A stretch of 64,000 nucleotides of DNA from an uncultured virus (IMG/VR IMGVR_UViG_3300021256_000060). Taxonomy: Duplodnaviria > Heunggongvirae > Uroviricota > Caudoviricetes. Under the pieces are notes generated by a model that saw nothing but the letters and a program-made list of their open reading frames with translations, ran no database searches and was not told the origin of the DNA. The stretch lies in the IMG/VR virus record IMGVR_UViG_3300021256_000060; one strand, written 5' to 3'. Position numbers and translations under genes: made by a program. Shown here piece by piece: positions 9,454 through 17,961 of this stretch; the stretch's first letter is position 1; each line of letters opens with the position of its first letter.

Positions 9454-10385
9454 TTTACCAACCCCACTTTACGCCCTAGGGCTTGTATAGCCCATTTAAT
9501 TTTAGCAATAATCTTAGAGATTATTCCCTGCTGTTGAGGAGGAGCCGTCTGTGCTTTACCAGTAAGAATATTTAGCATCTTATTCAGACTATTAATCATT
9601 CTAGTAGCTACTCCTGGATTAGCATTATTTATATTATCCTGACTAGTGAGACTATTAAACATAGCACCCATACCACCAAGTACTGCTACTACTCCAGCAC
9701 CAAATTTAGCTCCTCGAACATATGGTTTCAATTTATCTTTAGTGGTACCAGCAGCTTTGTCTATAGTGTTACCAACTACCTTATTAGCCGTATCAGACAT
9801 GTTACTGATAAACTTCTTTTTTCTTTCAGGATCGCTTAGATAATCTTGAGCACCTTTCATCAAACCACTAGTTAGTTTAGAACCTATATACCCCAAAACA
9901 TCATTCTTGGCTTGATTATAACTATCCTTAGCATCGTTTCCTAGTTTATTCAATCCCTGAAGTTGACTACTAGTCCAAGATAATACACCCTCAGTCAGTA
10001 TCTCAGTCATATAGGTATCTTCAGCAGCTAGATCCATTTCTACTACATCTTCTAATACCTTATCTAATTGGAAATCAGTACCAGCATTGACATACTGCAT
10101 CTTGATATCATTTATAGACTCTAATACAGCATCTCTATATTCTGTATTCTCATAGAACATAGCTTGATGAACTACAGCTATACACTCATTTACTTTATGC
10201 TCTTTAGCAATATCCTTCATAGCTTCAGTAAGAGTAATCTCTTTTTTATTAGCCGTCTCGATAATAGAGGAGAAGTTAACAATACATTCTTCCCTATTCT
10301 TTGGTCTGGCTATAGTCATACTCTCATTAGTAATTCTAGGTAATACCAATGGGATTGGTTTCGTTTGTGACCGTGATATTAACAT
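9450..10385 (-). CDS. putative head protein paralog
   Basis: MLIS start, site LTE-G, hydrophobic FGAGVVAVLGGMGAMF, C-terminal GIISKIIAKIKWAIQAL. Confidence 0.55.
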   Translation of the reverse strand: MLISRSQTKPIPLVLPRITNESMTIARPKNREECIVNFSSIIETANKKEITLTEAMKDIAKEHKVNECIAVVHQAMFYENTEYRDAVLESINDIKMQYVNAGTDFQLDKVLEDVVEMDLAAEDTYMTEILTEGVLSWTSSQLQGLNKLGNDAKDSYNQAKNDVLGYIGSKLTSGLMKGAQDYLSDPERKKKFISNMSDTANKVVGNTIDKAAGTTKDKLKPYVRGAKFGAGVVAVLGGMGAMFNSLTSQDNINNANPGVATRMINSLNKMLNILTGKAQTAPPQQQGIISKIIAKIKWAIQALGRKVGLVK

Positions 10386-11118
10386 TACCAATCACCCCTC
10401 CTTCTTGCTGTTCTCTTAGAGCGTTGTTATATCTATCTATTCTAGTCTGCAAAGTTTTGATTATATCTTCAGTTTTAGGGAACTCATAACTACCAGTAGG
10501 ATCTATATAAATAGACGATACATTCAGTATCTTTGTTTCTTTAGCAAACTCATATTGAGCAGAATAGTGCTCATTGGTTGCTAGTATACGTTTCAGTTCA
10601 GGGTCGATCCAAGGATCGTACTCTTTGAAGAAAACTTTGTAATACCCGAAAGGTGCGAATGTAGGAACGAATAGGAACCCATTATGAACCAACTCATGTA
10701 CTGTCTCAGATAATGGTATTAAGCCTATAACCATCCTATAGTGATTCCACATAACCTCTTGAGCTATATCATTCTCCTCTATAGATTCATGTAAAGCTAA
10801 TCTCTTTTGGTATACAGTAGCAACTATATCAAATAAAGTAGGAATAGCATGATGAATATGTATGTGTATTGACGGAGTATCTAAATTGCTCACGTTCTTA
10901 TAGAAAGCGCATTTATTCATATCAGAGTGTTGTCTCAGAAACTGGATCATTCTCTGATAACACCATGACTGTCTACAAATACGTTCTACAGCAAAAAAGA
11001 ATTTAGTAAGATTCTTAGACTTAGTCAGATCATAATCCTCAATATCAAATTCAGGAAGATGATCGATTTTAATTACTTCCTTTGGTTCAGGAAGTGGTAC
11101 AGAGCAGTATTGCATCAT
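10336..11118 (-). CDS. HNH-like (His-Me finger) domain protein
   Basis: C...IHIHH...LIPLSETVHELVHNG pattern. Confidence 0.5.
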   Translation of the reverse strand: MMQYCSVPLPEPKEVIKIDHLPEFDIEDYDLTKSKNLTKFFFAVERICRQSWCYQRMIQFLRQHSDMNKCAFYKNVSNLDTPSIHIHIHHAIPTLFDIVATVYQKRLALHESIEENDIAQEVMWNHYRMVIGLIPLSETVHELVHNGFLFVPTFAPFGYYKVFFKEYDPWIDPELKRILATNEHYSAQYEFAKETKILNVSSIYIDPTGSYEFPKTEDIIKTLQTRIDRYNNALREQQEGGVIGNVNITVTNETNPIGIT

Positions 11119-11151
11119 TTTAACTCACCCCTTTCAATTAGGTGTCGTAAT

Positions 11152-11163
11152 TACCTAAATGTT
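11152..11163 (-). promoter_or_regulatory. putative late promoter AACA-N6-TA
   Basis: AACA-tttagg-TA at the head of the structural cluster; matches the AR9 non-virion RNAP consensus. Confidence 0.6.
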
Positions 11164-11228
11164 GCGCATGGGGCATTTTAGGCAAAAAAAAGACGGCCCA
11201 CTAAGGGGCCAAAGTAGATGTGAGGATA

Positions 11229-11546
11229 TTAAAGCTGAATCTCTAACAATTTCTCTAACTGTTTGCCGTCTGTGAGATCCATGGTAGCCGGAACGCAGCA
11301 ATGGGCGAAAATGAACTGACTCGGTTCTCCTACAGGACTTATCTCAGTGGTAATAGCTGCCATCTGCTGCTCCTCATCGTTGTAATTCCATACAGGAGCG
11401 ATTCCAACTGCCTTGTCTTTGAAATTGGCTGTGGTCAATATTTTGGCCATCGCATCCTGCGGAGACAGATTGAATTGTGTAATCACTGATACATGAATGG
11501 AGTCGGTTTCCAATAACTGAGTTAAACGGATAATCTTGTAAATCAT
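11229..11546 (-). CDS. hypothetical protein, probable paralog of 12689..13012
   Basis: both have YK(I/L)I start, AMA, FKDK and LE(I/L)xL end. Confidence 0.6.
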   Translation of the reverse strand: MIYKIIRLTQLLETDSIHVSVITQFNLSPQDAMAKILTTANFKDKAVGIAPVWNYNDEEQQMAAITTEISPVGEPSQFIFAHCCVPATMDLTDGKQLEKLLEIQL

Positions 11547-11806
11547 TTTAATCCCTCCATAAATTCTCCAAGTCTTTCAATATCAGACTTTAGACGATCT
11601 TTAAACTTCTCATCCATGGGAGTGGTCCTTCCAGTCATCAACTGGTAAGCACAATGGTTCTCCCATCCTTGTAATGTTTCTAAAATTGGTTCAGCAAGTT
11701 CTTTTAGTTTTTGTAGTTCCTCATCCCTCCCCTGAGACTCAAGATTATAATACATATGATTTACTTCTGTTCTCAATAGTTCTACTAATCTAAACAACTT
11801 AAACAT
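11543..11806 (-). CDS. hypothetical protein
   Basis: ORF with GGAGG SD, overlaps the next gene. Confidence 0.6.
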   Translation of the reverse strand: MFKLFRLVELLRTEVNHMYYNLESQGRDEELQKLKELAEPILETLQGWENHCAYQLMTGRTTPMDEKFKDRLKSDIERLGEFMEGLK

Positions 11807-11826
11807 TCTACCTCCCTCCTAATAAC

Positions 11827-12126
11827 CTATGAATTAGATTTCCTAGTCTTCTTGCCATCTTTACTCTTCTTCTCATTGAACTCAGCCTCCTCCTGGTACT
11901 TATCCAGCCACTCAAGACGCATTTTGCTCGCCTTTTTAATGTTAAAGGTATACTCACACCTTATTTCCTCTGCTTCTTCTTCCATGCATAGTAATACATT
12001 ATAAAGAGCGATTACCATCCCATAATTAGCCTTGTCTTGGTAAGTGCGGATGCGTAATTTCATACGACTCCGCATTATCTTTACAAGTTCGATAAAATCC
12101 TCTTTTGCCATGCTATCAATTTCCAT
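11827..12126 (-). CDS. hypothetical protein
   Basis: ORF with GAGG SD. Confidence 0.6.
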   Translation of the reverse strand: MEIDSMAKEDFIELVKIMRSRMKLRIRTYQDKANYGMVIALYNVLLCMEEEAEEIRCEYTFNIKKASKMRLEWLDKYQEEAEFNEKKSKDGKKTRKSNS

Positions 12127-12138
12127 GATATATCCTCC

Positions 12139-12588
12139 TCACATATGCGGAATCCATTTCTTCAGGAATTCAATAAAATCGTAATTCCTTTCTACTTCGA
12201 TTTTGTCTAAATTAAGATCCTTGCATAAATCTAATAATTCTTCATCACTAGCTCCTCCTTTTGTAGCAAATGCTACTACTTCAATTAACTTACACTTCTC
12301 CTTATAATCTTCATCCTTATAATTTAAAATGATATAAGAGACTAATGGATCAAAAACTGGAGAGGTATTATGAGTCATTTCTCTCCCGATACGCTCTATT
12401 ATTCCATAGAATGATAACCATCTTATTCCTCCCTTCTCCCAATTTGACACTGTTTGCGGCGATACGCTGAATACTTCGGCAAATTCCCTAAGAGAATATC
12501 TGCCAAGATAGCGGATATTCCTTATATTTGCTGATAGTGCATTGAGCTTCATCAGATCATATTTATCTGCTGGATATTGCATCCCCAT
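12139..12588 (-). CDS. XRE-family helix-turn-helix protein
   Basis: NIRNIR...SLREFAEVFSVSPQTVSNWEKG. Confidence 0.85.
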   Translation of the reverse strand: MGMQYPADKYDLMKLNALSANIRNIRYLGRYSLREFAEVFSVSPQTVSNWEKGGIRWLSFYGIIERIGREMTHNTSPVFDPLVSYIILNYKDEDYKEKCKLIEVVAFATKGGASDEELLDLCKDLNLDKIEVERNYDFIEFLKKWIPHM

Positions 12589-12612
12589 GATACATCATCT
12601 CCTTTCACTATT

Positions 12613-12621
12613 ATAATATAT
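12613..12621 (-). promoter_or_regulatory. putative early promoter ATATATTAT
   Basis: recurring intergenic motif resembling the phiKZ early TATATTAC. Confidence 0.55.
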
Positions 12622-12688
12622 CATCATATTTGGTTCAATTTACAGACAAACAATGGAGTCTCAGTTAAGAGACTCCACTATAGTTATA

Positions 12689-13012
12689 TTACAATTCCAA
12701 TAATGCTTCAATCTGATCTATGTATTCAATCTGCATATCACTAGGAATTACTGCATATGCAAGAAGAGGATCTTTAGCCTTATCATCTACCTCTTCAATA
12801 GTTCTAGCACAGTAGAGAGTCATAACCCCACCTTGAGACCTATCTTGTACAAGCCCAATATGGATTTTCTTATCCTTAAATAGATCTACCATAGTAGCCC
12901 AAGCCATAGCCTGTTCTTGGTTAATTCCCTTACGTTCTTCGATATGAGAGATGAAATATCCTCCTTCTTTGTTACTAGAATCCTTCTTAATACCAATCAG
13001 TTTGTAGTTCAT
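12689..13012 (-). CDS. hypothetical protein
   Basis: ORF with GGAGG SD and downstream hairpin. Confidence 0.6.
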   Translation of the reverse strand: MNYKLIGIKKDSSNKEGGYFISHIEERKGINQEQAMAWATMVDLFKDKKIHIGLVQDRSQGGVMTLYCARTIEEVDDKAKDPLLAYAVIPSDMQIEYIDQIEALLEL

Positions 13013-13125
13013 ATTATCAACCTCCTATATATCTATACTTAATGGTTATTGAAAAAATCAAAATAGAAAAGGGTAGGCATGGAGGCCTACCCTAGACTAT
13101 TTTTTAGAAGTTTCATGATGCCAAG

Positions 13126-13206
13126 TGACGGAACTACTCAGACTCGCACTGAGATTCTCAGGAAAAATTGGCAAAACCTGAGCTTCTACTATTGAATTAT
13201 AGTTCC
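13126..13206 (-). ncRNA. tRNA-like RNA with expanded 14-nt anticodon loop
   Basis: acceptor GGAACTA/TAGTTCC, D-arm, anticodon stem TCAGG/CCTGA around TTTTGCCAATTTTT, T-arm CTCAG-TGCGAGT-CTGAG, 3' GTCA. Confidence 0.7.
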
Positions 13207-13338
13207 ATGAATCTAGGACTCGAACCTAGATTAGTTTATATCAATGGGAGCTTCCAACCCATTTGATATCGGAGGTGGGAGAGGTAGAAAAACATATAAA
13301 AAGCCCTCTCCCATAGCAATAGGATTCTACTGCTACAT

Positions 13339-13347
13339 GTAATATAT
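13339..13347 (-). promoter_or_regulatory. putative early promoter ATATATTAC
   Basis: exact TATATTAC upstream of the hairpin and tRNA-like cluster. Confidence 0.55.
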
Positions 13348-13375
13348 ATTGACTCTCGAAAATGAGGGGAATATC

Positions 13376-13415
13376 AAAAAAGAAGAAGAATAGGTGATCA
13401 GACTATCTTCTTCTC
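13376..13415 (-). terminator. intrinsic terminator
   Basis: GAGAAGAAGATAG...CTATTCTTCTTCT followed by TTTT on the minus strand. Confidence 0.7.
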
Positions 13416-13424
13416 ATTCTCGGA

Positions 13425-13754
13425 TGTCCCAAATAAGACCAATAGTTATCCAGACTAACCTAAGCATACGACCATTACCCACTATCAGTGAGTAAGACGT
13501 TCTTCGGTTTAATTTATAGACAAAAGAACATCCGAACTAGTTAAGGAATCGCGACTAGGTGACTAATATGTCGTTATCAATTCCTTCATACTTCCAGTAC
13601 TGCTGTATAGTATGGCCCGCACCTTCGCGGTTCACGGAATCAAACTAGTGTACCAGTCTTGGACTCTGATACTTTGTCTTTTAGACTCATCTCTGCACCT
13701 ACGAGAAGGTCTCGGTAATTATAAATAATACTCAAGGATAGACTACTTGAAACA
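13425..13754 (-). ncRNA. large structured non-coding RNA (RNase P-like topology, unconfirmed)
   Basis: no ORF; 12-bp terminal helix including G-U pairs, nested long-range helices, own promoter (13822-13833) and terminator. Confidence 0.6.
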
Positions 13755-13821
13755 GCATTCTCATGAACACATATTCATCTCTCCGTATGAATATATCAAG
13801 AATTACATCAATCTCCACGAG

Positions 13822-13833
13822 TACTATATTGTC
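13822..13833 (-). promoter_or_regulatory. putative late promoter GACA-N6-TA
   Basis: GACA-atatag-TA upstream of the non-coding structured region. Confidence 0.55.
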
Positions 13834-13857
13834 ACTAGTATATTTATTTTTTAAATA

Positions 13858-13943
13858 TGGTGCGCCCGACAGGAATCGAACCTGCACGTTCTTAAAACAA
13901 TGGATTCTAGGTCCACAGCGTCTGCCTATTTCGCCACGGGCGC
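13858..13943 (-). tRNA. tRNA-Leu (anticodon UAG), encoded CCA, C at position 33
   Basis: cloverleaf GCGCCCG...GTGGA-CCTAGAA-TCCAT, long variable arm, GGTTCGATTCC, A73, CCA. Confidence 0.9.
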
Positions 13944-13949
13944 AAAATA

Positions 13950-14471
13950 TTAAATCCTAAAGTATGGATTATAATAGTTATAATAAGTATTATTATAAAT
14001 AGTACAAGCCACGCCTTTATATCTATCACCAATAGGGATACCTAGTTGATTATATCTAGCTATTCTGCCAGCACATCTTTTACTACAAGTTATAACCCTA
14101 TTTTTGTGCCTATTAAGATCACGATAGTACCAACCCTGTCGTTTAGCAGTCCAAACAAATTCTTTTCCGCAAACATCGCACTTCATGATCTTATCGAAAT
14201 ATTTAGAATTTTCAAGAGCATGTAATCTTATGTGCTCTTCCTTGGTCATCACAATCAAATTAGATGGGTCATTATTCATTGGATTTTCATCTTTATGATG
14301 CACTTCTTCATCATCCCTCAGTTCTCTTCCCAATACTTTTTCCATTATGACTCTAGGATACGATTTAGAAGTATGAGATCCATCAGCTTTATAGAGTGAT
14401 ATTCTACTTCTTCCAGTCTTATCAATATGAATATTATATTCTTCATCTTCCATATAGTACACCATCCTCAT
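13950..14471 (-). CDS. HNH homing endonuclease-like protein
   Basis: EVHHKDENPMNNDPSNLIVMTKEEHIRLH plus CxxCGKEF...CSKRC zinc motif. Confidence 0.85.
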   Translation of the reverse strand: MRMVYYMEDEEYNIHIDKTGRSRISLYKADGSHTSKSYPRVIMEKVLGRELRDDEEVHHKDENPMNNDPSNLIVMTKEEHIRLHALENSKYFDKIMKCDVCGKEFVWTAKRQGWYYRDLNRHKNRVITCSKRCAGRIARYNQLGIPIGDRYKGVACTIYNNTYYNYYNPYFRI

Positions 14472-14609
14472 TATAGCAAATGAAATTAGTAGTACTATAT
14501 TGTTATATATGTATTATTTTTTCACCTCCCATTAACTGCTTCCACAGTAATAATATGCAATCGAAATTAAAGTTACCCTACTCGTAATTGAGTAGGGTAA
14601 TGGATTATT

Positions 14610-15242
14610 TTAATTTTTGTATTCATTCGGACTGACAGTGCGGAACTGGCGTACTTCTTCTATATCTAATCCTTCACCATTCCCACCTTTTGAGTACTTA
14701 TTCTTACATACTACCTGAACTCTCTTTATCTCATCAGAGTCAAAAGTGATATATAACAGATAGCCTTTATTATTACCAGCATCTAGTATATAAGAACAAG
14801 TGGCATTAGTTACACTATTAACACCATTACTACTTCTAGCCTTTCTCTGAAGAGTAAGCTCTTTAGTCTGACTAGTCTCATAGTCATAAGAATGAGCATA
14901 ACCCATTCCATGACCATAATTAGCATATGTATAACCAGTATGCTTTTCAGTATCCATAGCATTAGTCAGCTGATAGATCTCAGTCTTATTCATACACATA
15001 GCACCAGGAACCTGGGAACACCAAGTCAACATCTTCTTCTTTAGCTGAGGAGTAATAGTAAATAACTCATTAAAGTATTTACGTTTACTATTCAGATATT
15101 TTTGAGAAGCATGTTTATCAGAAGCCCAAGATTCGGTATCAAAAGAATTCTTAATTGAATCCCATAATTGCCTACCCATGGTAGATATAGACTCGTTTAC
15201 TGTAGTGGATTCATTCAAAGAGTCCCATTTAATCAGTTCCAT
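14610..15242 (-). CDS. hypothetical protein, possibly head-packaged (N-terminal LNE-S/VNE-S)
   Basis: ORF with SD; short propeptide-like N-terminus. Confidence 0.5.
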   Translation of the reverse strand: MELIKWDSLNESTTVNESISTMGRQLWDSIKNSFDTESWASDKHASQKYLNSKRKYFNELFTITPQLKKKMLTWCSQVPGAMCMNKTEIYQLTNAMDTEKHTGYTYANYGHGMGYAHSYDYETSQTKELTLQRKARSSNGVNSVTNATCSYILDAGNNKGYLLYITFDSDEIKRVQVVCKNKYSKGGNGEGLDIEEVRQFRTVSPNEYKN

Positions 15243-15281
15243 AATATAGCCTCCTTATCAAATAAAAATATTACTAAAAAG

Positions 15282-15794
15282 TCATGATGATTTAGGATGG
15301 GTATTATTAGGAACTAGAGTAGGACTAGAAGAAGTTGGTTTAGGAGCACTACTACTAGGAGTAGATGGCTTAGGAGGAGCAATATCGGTAATCTTTGGAG
15401 GAGTAGAACCACCTGCTCCTTTAGAAGTCAATTGCGTCTGTACCTCACTCTTAACCATATCATGAACTGGTTGTTTAATCTGATTGAAATCGAATTTTGG
15501 AGCATCTGTCCCCAGGAATTGCTTAGTAGTATTGATAGAGTTGTCAGACATTCCTAGTTTGCCACCAACCTTATCAACTACCTTGTTTACACCTTTATCA
15601 AATACACCATACGCTTTTGTGAGTAACTTATTATTCTTACTATTAAGATACCCACTTCCGATTGTAGCAGCAGCTACTGGGGCAGCTGCAGCAATATAAT
15701 TTGCTATATCTGGTAGCATACCCAATTCGAACTCATTCAATGGCTTGAATATACCATCTTCTTTAATCGAGTCAAATTTTATATATTGCGCCAT
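15282..15794 (-). CDS. hypothetical protein with hydrophobic segment and Pro/Ser/Thr tail
   Basis: ORF with SD; N-terminal PLNE; IAAAAPVAAATIG. Confidence 0.5.
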   Translation of the reverse strand: MAQYIKFDSIKEDGIFKPLNEFELGMLPDIANYIAAAAPVAAATIGSGYLNSKNNKLLTKAYGVFDKGVNKVVDKVGGKLGMSDNSINTTKQFLGTDAPKFDFNQIKQPVHDMVKSEVQTQLTSKGAGGSTPPKITDIAPPKPSTPSSSAPKPTSSSPTLVPNNTHPKSS

Positions 15795-15840
15795 TATTAT
15801 AACCTCCTTATATATTTCATTACTAAGAGGTCACGATTGT

Positions 15841-16131
15841 TTATTCGAATTTCTTCAGTTTTTCTTTATCGTAATTAATTAATAATTTCCTCTCCTCCTC
15901 AGTGAGATCCTTATAATATCTCTTTGGGAACCTATCATGCCACTCACCATTCCATTCATGTAATCCATTATATCCTACTGGACTACCATCAACGAACTTA
16001 GTAGGGGCGCATTCACTGCAAAGAGCCTTTCCTTCAGCCCACTCTGGCCACATATTTTTCATATCCTTGGACCAATAGAACCCAATAGCGGTATTATCAA
16101 TACCACCACATTTCTCACAACAAAACATAGA
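15841..16131 (-). CDS. zinc-ribbon protein
   Basis: CEKCG and LCSEC pairs; ATG after GGAGG. Confidence 0.6.
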   Translation of the reverse strand, partial: SMFCCEKCGGIDNTAIGFYWSKDMKNMWPEWAEGKALCSECAPTKFVDGSPVGYNGLHEWNGEWHDRFPKRYYKDLTEEERKLLINYDKEKLKKFE

Positions 16132-16198
16132 CATAGTATACCCTCCAATCAAAAAAGAAACGGTAATCCGTAGATTACCGTTTGTGTTAGTGGATTAT

Positions 16199-16468
16199 TT
16201 AGAACAGACGATCGTTAGCTCGTTCCCTTCTGATCTCCAATAAGATATCTTTAATAACACCACCAAGAGCTGTAAGAATTTCAGCATTGATAGGAATTCT
16301 AGCCGGTAGTTTACCAAAGTGAACCACACCAGCTCTATTACCAGCAAATAGTAATAGAGACAGAGCTAGTACAGTCAGACCGACTGTTTTGAGCTGATCT
16401 TTAAATCTCTGATCCTTTTTAAGCTGCTCAAACTCTTCTTTGGTTAACGTAAACTCTTTCTCTTCCAT
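16199..16468 (-). CDS. small membrane protein
   Basis: hydrophobic VGLTVLALSLLLFAG. Confidence 0.6.
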   Translation of the reverse strand: MEEKEFTLTKEEFEQLKKDQRFKDQLKTVGLTVLALSLLLFAGNRAGVVHFGKLPARIPINAEILTALGGVIKDILLEIRRERANDRLF

Positions 16469-16550
16469 TTAGTATCCCTCCTACTAAAAAACAAATAGAA
16501 ATTCCGATACATCCTTTTAGTATAAATAGACTTTCGTCTATTTCACAGCT

Positions 16551-16559
16551 ATAGTATAT
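16551..16559 (-). promoter_or_regulatory. putative early promoter ATATACTAT
   Basis: recurring motif. Confidence 0.55.
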
Positions 16560-16626
16560 TATTGATTTTATATTTGGTTTATTATAAAAAAAACAATACC
16601 CATTTAGGGTATTGTCATTGTATTAA

Positions 16627-17025
16627 TCAATCTTCGTCATCCATATTATTTTGATCGATGATCTGTCTAGCCTCATACTGGTATTCTGGAGGCAGGGAAT
16701 AAACGTCACTATAATTGGTACTTCCTGATCTTCTTAGATAATTTAGTTGAGATGTAGCTTGTACTTGCTTTTGAACGAATTCATCATGTTCCTTTCTCCA
16801 TCTCTCCCTAGTCTCTTCATCTACCTCTCCACTATTACTATGAGTAGTGGTTATTATAGTTGTGGTAGTTCTAGAATTAGGAATCCCTTGGATTGATTTA
16901 GTAGCCACTGGCTTGCTATTAATGTAGTTATCAATAGCCCAACTGATAGTAGAGTCTACTACTGAATGAGGATCTACCATCGTTTGGAATAATACTAACT
17001 CCTTTTCTACGATATTATGCTCCAT
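16627..17025 (-). CDS. hypothetical protein
   Basis: ORF with AGGAGG SD. Confidence 0.6.
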   Translation of the reverse strand: MEHNIVEKELVLFQTMVDPHSVVDSTISWAIDNYINSKPVATKSIQGIPNSRTTTTIITTTHSNSGEVDEETRERWRKEHDEFVQKQVQATSQLNYLRRSGSTNYSDVYSLPPEYQYEARQIIDQNNMDDED

Positions 17026-17085
17026 ACTATACCTCCTTATACAGATAAATGGATCACCTAGAATTAACTAGGTGATCCACATGTC

Positions 17086-17412
17086 TTACTTAGTTAACTT
17101 ATGCATCTCTATGAACACCTTATTATGCTCGAAGAGTTCTTGCTCGATACGATCATATATATCAGAGATATTACCGGCAGTGATAGAGCTAAACTTAGCG
17201 CCATACGATTTCGTAACACTGATCTGATATTCTTTGAGAGTAGTATTATCTATATAGAGACCTGATTTATCCTCATAGTCATCATATACCCATGGATCAT
17301 AATCTGTACTACCCTCATCTATCCAGATGCAATCATATTCCTTATCGTAGACAACACGATTAGCTTCGATCAGGTGTCTAGAACCATTGGAAACATGAAC
17401 ACATAACAACAT
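17086..17412 (-). CDS. hypothetical protein
   Basis: ORF with SD and terminator hairpin at 17051-17079. Confidence 0.6.
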   Translation of the reverse strand: MLLCVHVSNGSRHLIEANRVVYDKEYDCIWIDEGSTDYDPWVYDDYEDKSGLYIDNTTLKEYQISVTKSYGAKFSSITAGNISDIYDRIEQELFEHNKVFIEMHKLTK

Positions 17413-17459
17413 AACTTATTCCTCCTATAGATACAAATTCATATCAATATAGTATAACC

Positions 17460-17684
17460 TCAAATATGAGTCTTATACTTTACTACCTTTTTAGACTTTG
17501 GGACGACCTTTGAGAGTATATTTTTAATTTTATTAATAGTCTCCCTACCATCTTTAGAAATTACCAGTGCTTTGGCTCTATTGATTCCAACCAACCTACG
17601 ATGACCTCTAGAACTAAGAGACTGTGCCCTTGGTAAACTATCAATCACAACTACACCGATATCTTTTTTACCAACTCCTGTCAT
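17460..17684 (-). CDS. small basic hypothetical protein
   Basis: start likely MTGVGKK after GGAG. Confidence 0.45.
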   Translation of the reverse strand: MTGVGKKDIGVVVIDSLPRAQSLSSRGHRRLVGINRAKALVISKDGRETINKIKNILSKVVPKSKKVVKYKTHI

Positions 17685-17688
17685 GGTT

Positions 17689-17955
17689 TTATCTCCTCCA
17701 TATAGATACATAACCATTATTTTGAATTTCATTCTCCATAGCAATGAAGAACTCATTAACACTGCTAAACTTCACAGGAATGGTGCTAAGACCTTTCTTA
17801 TAGATAACAGCATTGCCGGATACGACATCAGATCCGCTCACCTCTTCAGTATCAGTAGGAATACCATTAGAAAAGTAGATAACCTTTCTTTCATTGTTCC
17901 AACCTATCTTTATACATTCCATCATCAGGTTCTTATCTTCGAAGATTACTCGCAT
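17689..17955 (-). CDS. hypothetical protein
   Basis: ORF with GGAG SD. Confidence 0.55.
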   Translation of the reverse strand: MRVIFEDKNLMMECIKIGWNNERKVIYFSNGIPTDTEEVSGSDVVSGNAVIYKKGLSTIPVKFSSVNEFFIAMENEIQNNGYVSIWRR

Positions 17956-17961
17956 ATTTAC

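Noticed and set aside
13425..13754. tmRNA or group I intron
   Set aside because: No tRNA-Ala-like ends or tag ORF; no interrupted gene or recognisable intron core motifs
13763..13960. 65-aa plus-strand ORF
   Set aside because: It is the antisense reading of the tRNA-Leu gene
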